A DNA stretch of 33,150 bases, taken from NCBI GenBank assembly GCA_036270315.1, contig DATBCS010000148.1, positions 1 through 33,150 on the forward strand. Direction: 5' to 3'. Of this stretch, positions 7,768 to 15,191 are shown piece after piece. The notes beneath the pieces are model-generated. The model was not told the origin of the DNA. It was given only the letters and a program-made list of their open reading frames with translations, and searched no databases. Source of the stretch: Gemmatimonadales bacterium (GTDB lineage Bacteria > Gemmatimonadota > Gemmatimonadetes > Gemmatimonadales > GWC2-71-9). A program made the translations under genes and the position numbers. The stretch's first letter is position 1. Each line of letters opens with the position of its first letter.

Positions 7768-9195
7768 TCAGTAGCGGGGCATGTCCGGATCCACGTTCAC
7801 CGCCCACGCATCGATCCCGCCGCGCAGACTGCGCGCCTTCGCAAATCCCGCCGCCCGCAGGATCTCGAGCGCCCTGAGCGAGCGGGCGCCGTGGTGGCAG
7901 TACGTGACGACTTCGGCGTGATCGTCGAGCTCCCGCAGGCGGGCGGGTAATTCGCCCAATGGAATGAACGTCCCCCCCGGGATGTGCGTGATCTCGTACT
8001 CGTGGGGCTCGCGCACGTCGAGCAGCACGACCGGCCGGCCCTGGTCGAGCTCGCCCTTCAGCTCGAGCGCGCCGACTTCGGCGCCCGCATAGGTCGGCTC
8101 CGCGCCGATCCCGCAGAACGCTTCGTAGTCGATCAGGGCTGTGACGCTCGGATGCGCGCCGCACACCGGACAGGCGGGGTCCTTCTCGAGCGCGAGCTCG
8201 CGGAACTGGAACTTGAGCGCGTCGAACAAGAGCAGCCGTCCCACGAGCGGCTCCCCGGCGCCTACGATCAGCTTGATCGTCTCGAGCGCCTGGATCGAGC
8301 CGATGATCCCGGGCAAGACGCCCAGCACCCCGCCTTCGGCGCATGACGGCACCAGGCCCGGGGGCGGCGGCTCGGCATAGAGACAGCGATAGCAGGGGCC
8401 CCGCCGCGCGTCGAACACGGAGGCCTGGCCCTCGAACCGGAAAATCGAGCCGTACACGTTCGGCTTGCCGAGCAGCACGCAGGCGTCATTCACGAGGTAG
8501 CGGGTGGGGAAGTTATCCGTCCCGTCCGCCACGATGTCGAAGTCGCGGATGATGTCGAGGCCGTTCTCGGAGGTGAGCCGGGTTTCGAACAGCTCGACGT
8601 GGACGTTGGGGTTCAGGTCCTCGAGGCGCGCTCGGGCGGACTCGAGCTTGGGGGTGCCCACCGCCGCCGTGCCGTGGAGGATTTGGCGCTGGAGGTTCGT
8701 CTTGTCGACCACGTCGAAGTCCACGAGCCCGAGCGTGCCCACGCCCGCCGCAGCCAGGTACAGGGCCGCGGGCGAGCCGAGGCCGCCCGCGCCGACGACG
8801 AGTACGCGCGCCGCCTTGAGTTTCCTTTGCCCTTCGACGCCCACATCGGGCAGAATCAGGTGACGCGAGTAGCGGAGGATCTCCTCGTGCGACAACGGGG
8901 GCAGGCCGGTCGTCACGGCCGTCCCGCCCGCGATGCTCGGGATGATCGACACGGTGTCCCCGGGCGCGACGGTGGTCCGCTCGTGCGCCAGCCGGCGGAT
9001 GTCGCGATCGTTCACGTAGACGTTGACGAAGCTGCGCAAGCGCCCATCCGCGGCGAAGAGATGCGGCTTCAGCGCGGCGTGCTCGCCCGTCAGGCGCGCG
9101 AGCAACTCCGCCACGCTCGTGCCCTCGAGCTCGAGCGTGTCACGCCCGCCGACATACGCCCGGAGCGGGCTCGGGATCAAGACCTTCACTGCCAT
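7768..9195 (-). CDS. Fusion protein: CysO-like ubiquitin-fold sulfur carrier (aa 1-91, ending AGG) + MoeZ/MoeB-type E1 adenylyltransferase + C-terminal rhodanese domain
   Basis: The N-terminus, FVNVYVNDRDIRRL...GDTVSIIPSIAGG, resembles M. tuberculosis CysO (FVNIYVNDEDVRF...GDSVTILPAVAGG). Then LSHEEILRYSRHLILPDVGVEGQRKLKAARVLVVGAGGLGSPAALYLAAAGVG (E1 nucleotide loop) and PSCAEGGVLG. The rhodanese active site is YCHHGARS. The end, DPDMPRY, resembles MoeZ. Confidence 0.85.
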   Translation of the reverse strand: MAVKVLIPSPLRAYVGGRDTLELEGTSVAELLARLTGEHAALKPHLFAADGRLRSFVNVYVNDRDIRRLAHERTTVAPGDTVSIIPSIAGGTAVTTGLPPLSHEEILRYSRHLILPDVGVEGQRKLKAARVLVVGAGGLGSPAALYLAAAGVGTLGLVDFDVVDKTNLQRQILHGTAAVGTPKLESARARLEDLNPNVHVELFETRLTSENGLDIIRDFDIVADGTDNFPTRYLVNDACVLLGKPNVYGSIFRFEGQASVFDARRGPCYRCLYAEPPPPGLVPSCAEGGVLGVLPGIIGSIQALETIKLIVGAGEPLVGRLLLFDALKFQFRELALEKDPACPVCGAHPSVTALIDYEAFCGIGAEPTYAGAEVGALELKGELDQGRPVVLLDVREPHEYEITHIPGGTFIPLGELPARLRELDDHAEVVTYCHHGARSLRALEILRAAGFAKARSLRGGIDAWAVNVDPDMPRY

Positions 9196-9638
9196 ACGGC
9201 GTTCCCTTCCTCAATCACCAACGGTTCCACGTCGAACGCCCCGCGGTCGTCCGCCAGCACCCAGCTCGCGAGCTCTCCCGAGCGTCCGCGGGCGACGCCC
9301 ACGATCACGTAGGACAGCCACGGCCAGGCGTGCGCCCGGTCGAACGCGGACGGCGTCGGCGGGTGATCGGGGTGCGAGTGGTACACGCCGAGCACCTCGA
9401 GGCCGTCGCGGTCGAGCTTCTCCTGGGCGCGCCGGAACGCGTCGGGGTCGATCAAGTAGCGGTTGCGGGCCGCGTCGGTGCGCTGGTTCGCGAGGGGCAC
9501 GAGGTGCACGGCCACCTTGCGGCCTCCCTCGCCCTCGTCGATCATGCCGCCGATCAAGCCGCAGGCCTCGGCGGGGTAGTCCGCCTCGCCGTGACGCCGG
9601 ATGGCCGCCACGTGACGCGGGTCGAGCTGCAGGGTCAT
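9186..9638 (-). CDS. mec: JAMM/MPN+ metalloprotease (Mec+-like CysO-cysteine peptidase)
   Basis: EACGLIGG and the YHSHPDHPPTPSAFD JAMM motif (H-x-H-x7-S-x2-D). ATG 9638 overlaps the cysM TGA (ATGA). The stop overlaps the fusion gene start by 10 nt. Confidence 0.85.
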   Translation of the reverse strand: MTLQLDPRHVAAIRRHGEADYPAEACGLIGGMIDEGEGGRKVAVHLVPLANQRTDAARNRYLIDPDAFRRAQEKLDRDGLEVLGVYHSHPDHPPTPSAFDRAHAWPWLSYVIVGVARGRSGELASWVLADDRGAFDVEPLVIEEGNAVWQ

Positions 9639-10666
9639 GACGTCTCCCCCTCCCCCGCCCCCGCCCCCGCCCCCGCGCCGTCGCCTGCGAGGCGGCGCCA
9701 CTCGCTCAAATAGCGGCCCCCGGAGTCTGGGGCGACGACCACGATCACGAGCGGACCGCGCCCCGGCCGGCGCGCGGCGGCGCGGATCCGCTGCGCCGCC
9801 ACGAGCGCCGCCCCCGTGGACCAGCCGAGCAACAGGCCGCGGTGCGCGAGACGCCGGACCGCGGCTTCCGCCGCTTCCGTGGCAACGAACTCGGTCCGGT
9901 CCACGAGGCCGGGATCGTAGATCGGCGGTACGTGGGCGGTCGCGAGGTGTTTCAACCCCTCCAGCCCGTGGAATGGGCCGTCCGGCTGCACGCCGACGAG
10001 TTCGATCCGCGGGTTCAACTCCTTCAAGCGACGGCCCGTGCCGATCAGGGTCCCGGTCGTGCCGAGCCCCGCGACGAAGTGCGTGATCCGACCCTCGGTC
10101 TGGCGCCAGATCTCTTCCGCCGTCGTCGCGTAGTGGGCCCGCGGGTTCGCGGGATGGCTGTACTGATCGGCGTACCAGTACCGCTCAGGCTCCTGGGCCG
10201 CAAGCTCGCGCGCGGCGCGAATCGCGCCGTCCGAGCCCTCGAGCGCGTCGGTGAGGCGTACCTCGGCGCCGTACAGCTCGAGCAACGTCTTCCGCTCGAC
10301 GCTGGCGTTGGCCGGGACGCACACCGTGACGCCGATCCCCGCCGCCGCGCCGAGCATCGCGTAGGCGATCGCCGTGTTGCCGCTCGACGCGTCGAGCAGT
10401 CGTTTACCGGGCAGCGCCCCGCGGGCGATCCCGTCGCGCAGAATGAAGAGCGCCGGCCGGTCCTTCACCGAGCCGCCGGGATTGAGCCACTCGGCCTTGA
10501 GCCACAGCGCCGCCCTCCCGACCTCCTCCTCCGCGGCGGGGAGGGCGAGGAGCGGGGTGTTCCCGACGAGCCCCCACAGGGCCGGCTCGCGGGCGTTCCG
10601 CGGCTCGCTCCCCCGCGTCCGCGGCCGTGCGGGGCGCGGGCTGCGTTTCAGCGTTGCCGCCTTCAC
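9635..10666 (-). CDS. cysM: PLP-dependent cysteine synthase, CysM-like
   Basis: GNTPLL...KAEWLNPGGSVKDRPA (PLP lysine motif), SSGNTAIA and GLGTTGTLIG. GTG 10666 overlaps the rhodanese TGA (GTGA). C-terminal (Gly-Ala)n tail. Confidence 0.85.
   Translation of the reverse strand: MKAATLKRSPRPARPRTRGSEPRNAREPALWGLVGNTPLLALPAAEEEVGRAALWLKAEWLNPGGSVKDRPALFILRDGIARGALPGKRLLDASSGNTAIAYAMLGAAAGIGVTVCVPANASVERKTLLELYGAEVRLTDALEGSDGAIRAARELAAQEPERYWYADQYSHPANPRAHYATTAEEIWRQTEGRITHFVAGLGTTGTLIGTGRRLKELNPRIELVGVQPDGPFHGLEGLKHLATAHVPPIYDPGLVDRTEFVATEAAEAAVRRLAHRGLLLGWSTGAALVAAQRIRAAARRPGRGPLVIVVVAPDSGGRYLSEWRRLAGDGAGAGAGAGEGETS
9646..9674 (-). repeat. Five G5 tracts separated by single nucleotides (sense strand): G-quadruplex-type motif / hexanucleotide repeat
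   Basis: The plus strand reads CCCCC-T-CCCCC-G-CCCCC-G-CCCCC-G-CCCCC. On the mRNA strand this is GGGGGCGGGGGCGGGGGCGGGGGAGGGGG. It encodes the GAGAGAGAGEG tail of CysM and ends 7 nt before the mec ATG. Confidence 0.7.
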
Positions 10667-11514
10667 TCCGCTCCTTTCGCGATGGGCGCCGCGACCAGGT
10701 TGCCCCACTCGGTCCAGGAGCCGTCGTAGTTCTTCACCTGCTTCACGCCCACCAGATACTTGAGCGCGAACCACGTATGACTGGACCGCTCGCCGATGCG
10801 ACAGTACGCGATCACGGCTTTCTTGCCATCGATCACCTTCGCGGTCTGGTAGAGCTTCACGAGCTCCTCGTACGGCTTGAACGTTCCGTCGGAGGCGACG
10901 GCTTGGGCCCAGGGGACGCTCCGCGCTCCGGGGATGTGGCCGCCGCGTTGCGCGGTCTCGGTCATGCCGGGCGGCGCGATCACGTCGCCCAAGTACTCCG
11001 GGGTGGAGCGGACATCGACCAGCGCGACCTTCGCCGACCCGCGCGCCCGCTCGACGTCCAGCCGCTTGGCGCGGATCGCCGCGTTCACCTTCTTCGGCGC
11101 CGGGTAGCGCGTGGGGCGCACGCTCGGCCGCTGGGTGACGAGGGGTCGGCCTTCGGCCACCCACTTGGCCCGCCCCCCGTTCATTAGTTGCGCGGCGGTG
11201 TGGCCGTACAGCTGCAGCAGCCAGAACGCGAATGCCGCGAACCAGTTGTTGTTGTCCCCGTATAGCACGACGGTCGTCTGGGGCGTCACGCCCGCACCGG
11301 ACAGGAGCGCGGCGAACGCCTGCTTGTCGGGGATGTCGCGGCGCACCGGGTCGTTGAGTTGCGACTGCCAGTTCCAGCCCACCGCCCCGGCGACGTGCCC
11401 GCCGTCATACGCCGTGGTGTCCACGTCGACTTCGATCAGCCGGATGTTGGGATCGTTGAGATGCGCCGCCACCCATTCGGTGGAGACGAGCACCTCGGGA
11501 TGTGCGTAGGCCAC
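10663..11514 (-). CDS. Thiosulfate sulfurtransferase (tandem rhodanese, CysA/SseA-like)
   Basis: Collinear with mycobacterial CysA2. Shared segments include VLVSTEWV, NNNWFAAFAFW, GHIPGA and the active site YCRIGERSSHTWF...NYDGSWTEWG. Start moved to GTG 11514 because GGAGG lies 5 nt upstream. The track ORF starts at TTG 11526. Confidence 0.85.
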   Translation of the reverse strand: MAYAHPEVLVSTEWVAAHLNDPNIRLIEVDVDTTAYDGGHVAGAVGWNWQSQLNDPVRRDIPDKQAFAALLSGAGVTPQTTVVLYGDNNNWFAAFAFWLLQLYGHTAAQLMNGGRAKWVAEGRPLVTQRPSVRPTRYPAPKKVNAAIRAKRLDVERARGSAKVALVDVRSTPEYLGDVIAPPGMTETAQRGGHIPGARSVPWAQAVASDGTFKPYEELVKLYQTAKVIDGKKAVIAYCRIGERSSHTWFALKYLVGVKQVKNYDGSWTEWGNLVAAPIAKGAE

Positions 11515-11532
11515 CGTTACCTCCAATCGGGG

Positions 11533-11559
11533 GAAACCCGACAGAGGGAGTCGGGTTTC
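11533..11559 (-). other. Perfect 10-bp stem-loop in the rrf2-rhodanese intergenic region, function unknown
   Basis: GAAACCCGAC-AGAGGGA-GTCGGGTTTC. On the transcribed strand a T8 run (11566..11573) precedes the hairpin rather than following it. AATCGGG direct repeats flank the element. Confidence 0.35.
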
Positions 11560-11589
11560 AGTTCAAAAAAAACAATCGGGATGGCGGGA

Positions 11590-12042
11590 TTAGTTCCCGG
11601 CCAGGACCCCGGCGATCTGGTACACTTCCGGCTCGTCGTGTGTCAGGTCGGCGAGCGAGATGCTGGCCAGCAGGTCGTTGATCCGCTGTTCCAGCATTCG
11701 CCAGACCGGCCGGATGCTGCACGACGCGTCCGGACTACATCGCTGGGGGTCGACCGGGTGGAGATCGCAGTTGACTTCGAAGGTGACGTGTTCCGAGGCT
11801 GCGACCACGTCCTTCACGGAGATGGCCTCTGGGGAGCGGGCGAGGTGATAGCCGCCCTTGGCGCCGCGCACTGAATCCACCAACCCGGCGCGCCGCAGCC
11901 GCAACAGGATCTGCTCGACGTAGTCGTGGGGCAGGTGTTCCTGCTCGGCCAGCTCGCGCGCCGCGACCGGCCCCTGCCCCGCGCGCTTCGCGAGGTTCAA
12001 GGAAACGATCAGTCCGTATTCGGCCCAGGTGGTGACGCGCAT
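11590..12042 (-). CDS. Rrf2-family transcriptional regulator (IscR/CymR-like) with three clustered Cys
   Basis: MRVTTWAEYGLIVSLNLAK...ARELAEQEHLPHDYVEQILLRLRRAGLVDSVRGAKGGYHLAR is the Rrf2 winged-helix domain. NCDLHPVDPQRCSPDASC provides a C-x10-C-x5-C cluster. Confidence 0.85.
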   Translation of the reverse strand: MRVTTWAEYGLIVSLNLAKRAGQGPVAARELAEQEHLPHDYVEQILLRLRRAGLVDSVRGAKGGYHLARSPEAISVKDVVAASEHVTFEVNCDLHPVDPQRCSPDASCSIRPVWRMLEQRINDLLASISLADLTHDEPEVYQIAGVLAGN

Positions 12043-12050
12043 ATGAAAGC

Positions 12051-12079
12051 AATATGGGAGACTGGTTACCGGGATTCAA
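12051..12079 (-). promoter_or_regulatory. Candidate promoter for rrf2 (TTGAAT-17 nt-CATATT), -10 ends 8 nt before ATG
   Basis: On the minus strand TTGAAT is at 12079..12074, followed by a 17-nt spacer and CATATT at 12056..12051. ATG is at 12042. There is no SD. Confidence 0.4.
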
Positions 12080-12158
12080 TGGCCCGCGGGCCCAGGGCGC
12101 GGCGGGGCCGTCACTTAGGGGTCGCGCGGACGGGCGGGCGCCGGGCCGCGCGGGGTCC

Positions 12159-13196
12159 CTAGCGCCGAGGCGGTGGGCTTCCCACGGCCGGTGAGAGGCT
12201 CACGCCGAGCTGCACACCGAACACGTTTTCTCCGCCCGAGCGTTGCAGCCAGAGCAACCGCGCGTTCAGGTTCCACAGCAGCAGCCCGCTCGCGAGGTCA
12301 GCGCCGATCCCGCCCTGGAGGCCCTGGAGGATGCCGCGGTCGGGGCCCTGCGTGTAGACGCCTGCGAGCAAGAGGCCCGCCTCGCCGTACAGCCGTCCCC
12401 AGGCCGACCGCGCCGACGCCTCGTAGCCCGGGGCGAAGAGGATCGCGTTCGGCTGGCATCCGGACGAGCAACTGCCGGTGACTTGGAGCGGGGCGAAGTC
12501 GATCTGCAGGCCGACGGTGCCCCCCTTCTTGGTATCGCGGCGGAACCGCACGCCCACGAACGGGGCGCGGGCCCGGAGCGAGCCCGACACGGGGATGAGG
12601 GCGCTGACGGCGGGGCCGAGCGTGCCGGCCAGGAACTCGCCCTTGCGCGGCGGGCCGAACGCCACCGCGGCTTGGGCCCGGGCCTCGAGCCCCTGGATCT
12701 GGCTACCCGGGACTTCGAGGAAGCGCCCCTCGACGCTCGCGACCGCCTGGTTCCCCAGGGTCAGGCGGAGCCCGAGCCCGAAGGCGATCGCGAACTGGCT
12801 CGAGGTCGACACGGTATCGCTACACAGCAACAGACAGGCGGCGGCGGATTCCGTGACCCGGGCAAGCCCGAGCGTGGTGAGGGCGAAGGGCGCGAGGCCG
12901 CGGGTGCCGACGGGATAGTAGTACGAGTCGAGTCCGACGAGGGTGAGGCGCCGCACCTTGCCGTCGGTCGATAGGTCGTTGAACCGCTCCACCGAAAGGC
13001 CGGTCTCGCCGTCGTCCCCGGTGATCAAGGCCACCGAGGCGCCGAACGAGGTGAAGCTGTGGCTCTTCCCCGAGAGGTCTTCGAGCGTCAGGGAGGACAC
13101 GGTCGGGCCAATCCGGACGCGACCTTGGGCGGGGAGCGCGGAGGCCGTCGCGAGCGAGAGCGCGAGCGCCGCACCGAACCACGGAGTCTTGGGCAT
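12159..13196 (-). CDS. Secreted hypothetical protein, probable outer-membrane beta-barrel
   Basis: Signal peptide MPKTPWFGAALALSLATASALPAQG. Alternating hydrophobic/Gly-rich beta-strand-like segments run throughout. No recognised family motif. Confidence 0.55.
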   Translation of the reverse strand: MPKTPWFGAALALSLATASALPAQGRVRIGPTVSSLTLEDLSGKSHSFTSFGASVALITGDDGETGLSVERFNDLSTDGKVRRLTLVGLDSYYYPVGTRGLAPFALTTLGLARVTESAAACLLLCSDTVSTSSQFAIAFGLGLRLTLGNQAVASVEGRFLEVPGSQIQGLEARAQAAVAFGPPRKGEFLAGTLGPAVSALIPVSGSLRARAPFVGVRFRRDTKKGGTVGLQIDFAPLQVTGSCSSGCQPNAILFAPGYEASARSAWGRLYGEAGLLLAGVYTQGPDRGILQGLQGGIGADLASGLLLWNLNARLLWLQRSGGENVFGVQLGVSLSPAVGSPPPRR

Positions 13197-13217
13197 GGCG
13201 TAATTGCTACCACGGAT

Positions 13218-13254
13218 GCGGGGTCGGATGCCGTGACTGGCATCACGACCCCGC
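13218..13254 (-). terminator. Very stable 15-bp hairpin (one bulge) between the small membrane protein gene and the OMP gene. Candidate U-tract-less terminator or RNA-stability element.
   Basis: GCGGGGTCG-GATGCC-GTGACT-GGCATC-A-CGACCCCGC, hand-paired. No T-run follows on either strand. Confidence 0.4.
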
Positions 13255-13265
13255 CCCCGAGACCA

Positions 13266-13685
13266 TCACTTCACGAGCAGCCCCACCAGCAGCCCGGCCA
13301 CGTTCATCCGGACGAGCCACGCCCAAAACGTCGCCATGTTCAGCCGCCGCACCTTGTCGAACCACACGCCGCCGCCGATCGTCGAGAGCGCGATCGTGGG
13401 CAGCCACAGCACCGTGGCGAACTCCATTCCCGCGAGCGGCCCGCCGCCCGTCACCCACAGTCCGCCTTGGAGCCGCACGTAGAACCACGCGAACAAGACA
13501 CCGAAGATGAGCGCCAGGACGCCCGATTTGAGGAGGGCGGGTCCCATCATCTTCTTCGTCTCCTCGGGCGAACTCGGCATGGTGCCGTACGATTCCAACC
13601 CCTTGTTGACGACCTTGCTCCACATGACCCAGTCGGCGAGAAACGCGCCGACGCCGGCGATGAGGCCTGCGACGACCCAATGCAT
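13266..13685 (-). CDS. Small integral membrane protein (about 4 TM), hypothetical
   Basis: 139-aa ORF with ATG start. Hydrophobic helices include VVAGLIAGVGAFLADWV, VLALIFGVLFAWFYV, TVLWLPTIALSTIGGGVW and AGLLVGLLV. GC3-rich. Confidence 0.6.
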   Translation of the reverse strand: MHWVVAGLIAGVGAFLADWVMWSKVVNKGLESYGTMPSSPEETKKMMGPALLKSGVLALIFGVLFAWFYVRLQGGLWVTGGGPLAGMEFATVLWLPTIALSTIGGGVWFDKVRRLNMATFWAWLVRMNVAGLLVGLLVK

Positions 13686-13732
13686 TGGTCCGCCTCCTCA
13701 AGGTAAGTGTGCGCTGCCGACGGCCCGTCGTG

Positions 13733-15139
13733 TCACTTCCGCTCGCCCGGCACACCCAGCTCCGTCATGGCGGCGAGATCGAGCACGCGATCCAGCTCTT
13801 TCCCGGTGAGCACGCCGCGCTCCATCACCAATTGGCGCACGGTCACGTTCTTGGCGAGCGCCTCCTTCGCGAGCTCGGCCGCGCGGGCGTAGCCGATCTT
13901 CGGGGCGAGCGCGGTGACGAGCGCGGGGCTGCGCTCGAGCCAGTGAGCGCACTGCGCCGCATCGGCCTCGATGCCCTCCACGCACCGCTCGGCGAAGACG
14001 CGCGACGCCGTGGTGAGAATCAGCAGGGTGAAGAGCAGGTTGTGGGCGATTACGGGCATCATCACGTTGAGCTCGAGCTGGCCCGCCTCCGCGGCGGCCG
14101 CGATCGTGACGTCGTTCCCGAGCGCCTGGTAGCAGACCATGTTCACCATCTCGGGAATCGACGGGTTCACCTTCCCCGGCATGATGCTCGAGCCGGGCTG
14201 CACGGGGGGCAGGATGATTTCCGCGAGGCCAGTGCGCGGCCCGGACGCGAGCAGCCGCAGGTCGCTCGCGATCTTTCCCAGGTCGACGGCGTAGGTGCGG
14301 AGCGCGCCGGAGAACGCCGTCGCGTCGCCGAGCGACTGCATCAGCTGCACGCGGTCGCGCCCCTCGCGCAGCGTGAGCCCGGTGAGCGCGCCGAGCTGTT
14401 TCACCATCAGGGCCGGGTATTCGGGCTCGGCGTTCAGGCCTGTCCCCACCGCCGTGCCGCCGATCCCCAGGTCGCGGAGCTGGTCCGCCGCCTGGGCGAG
14501 GCGCTCGCGATTGCGCTCGATCGTGTGCCCGTAGGCGGTGAACTCCTGCCCCAGCCGGATCGGCGTCGCGTCCTGCAGGTGGGTGCGGCCGGCCTTGATG
14601 ATCGAGTCGAACGCCGTGCCCTTCGCGAGGAACGCGGCCGCGAGGCGCCCCAGGGCCTCGAGGAGCGCGGGCAGCTGGGCCAAGGCCGCGAGCCGGATAG
14701 CCGTGGGGATGACGTCGTTCGTCGACTGCGCCATGTTGACGTGATCGTTAGGATGCACGGGGCGGTACTCGCCCCGCCGGCCGCCTAGGAGCTCATTGGC
14801 GCGGTTGGCGAGGACCTCGTTGGCGTTCATGTTGTGGGAGGTCCCCGCGCCCGCCTGATAGGGATCGACCAGGAACTGGGAGCGGTGCTCCCCGGCGAGC
14901 ACCTCGTCCGCGGCCTGCACGATCGCGTCCGCGAGCTTGGGGTCGAGCCGCTTGGTCTGCTTGTGGGTGAGGGCGGCGGCTTTCTTGATCCAGATGACGG
15001 CGTCGACGAAGGAGGCGAGCGGGGCGAGGTGGGAGATGGGGAAGTTCTGGCGCGCCCGTTCCGTCTGAATCCCATACAGCGCGTCGGCCGGCACCGCCAG
15101 CTCGCCCAGCGAATCGCGCTCGATGCGCGTGGTGCTCAT
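13733..15139 (-). CDS. aspA: Aspartate ammonia-lyase (class II fumarase/aspartase family)
   Basis: QAGAGTSHNMNANEVLANRA, NDHVNMAQSTND, GSSIMPGKVNPSIPEMVNMVCYQ and AAEAGQLELNVMMPV. The GAGTS and AAEAGQL segments match aspartase rather than FumC (GSGTQ). Start placed at ATG 15139 (MSTTRIERDSLGE). Confidence 0.85.
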   Translation of the reverse strand: MSTTRIERDSLGELAVPADALYGIQTERARQNFPISHLAPLASFVDAVIWIKKAAALTHKQTKRLDPKLADAIVQAADEVLAGEHRSQFLVDPYQAGAGTSHNMNANEVLANRANELLGGRRGEYRPVHPNDHVNMAQSTNDVIPTAIRLAALAQLPALLEALGRLAAAFLAKGTAFDSIIKAGRTHLQDATPIRLGQEFTAYGHTIERNRERLAQAADQLRDLGIGGTAVGTGLNAEPEYPALMVKQLGALTGLTLREGRDRVQLMQSLGDATAFSGALRTYAVDLGKIASDLRLLASGPRTGLAEIILPPVQPGSSIMPGKVNPSIPEMVNMVCYQALGNDVTIAAAAEAGQLELNVMMPVIAHNLLFTLLILTTASRVFAERCVEGIEADAAQCAHWLERSPALVTALAPKIGYARAAELAKEALAKNVTVRQLVMERGVLTGKELDRVLDLAAMTELGVPGERK

Positions 15140-15191
15140 CGCCCCCGTCCGTTCGGTCACGGCGCCGTCGGTCTCAAACCAGGAATCGCCC

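Noticed and set aside
9639-9701. N-terminal extension of the JAMM ORF (MAPPRRRRRGGGGGGGGGGDV...)
   Set aside because: This is poly-Arg/poly-Gly read from the G5-repeat in another frame, overlapping the cysM 3' end. The family-conserved sequence starts at MTLQLD (ATG 9638), which forms an ATGA overlap with the cysM stop.
10667-11164. Upstream 166 codons of the 509-aa cysM track ORF
   Set aside because: Arg/Gly-rich, with no PLP-enzyme similarity, and entirely overlapping the well-supported rhodanese gene. CysM similarity begins near LWGLVGNTPLL. GTG 10666 gives a GTGA overlap.
13733-15139. Calling this gene fumarate hydratase (fumC)
   Set aside because: GAGTS (rather than GSGTQ), KVNPSIPEMVN and AAEAGQLELNVMMPV match the aspartase branch of the family better. 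The residual uncertainty is acknowledged.
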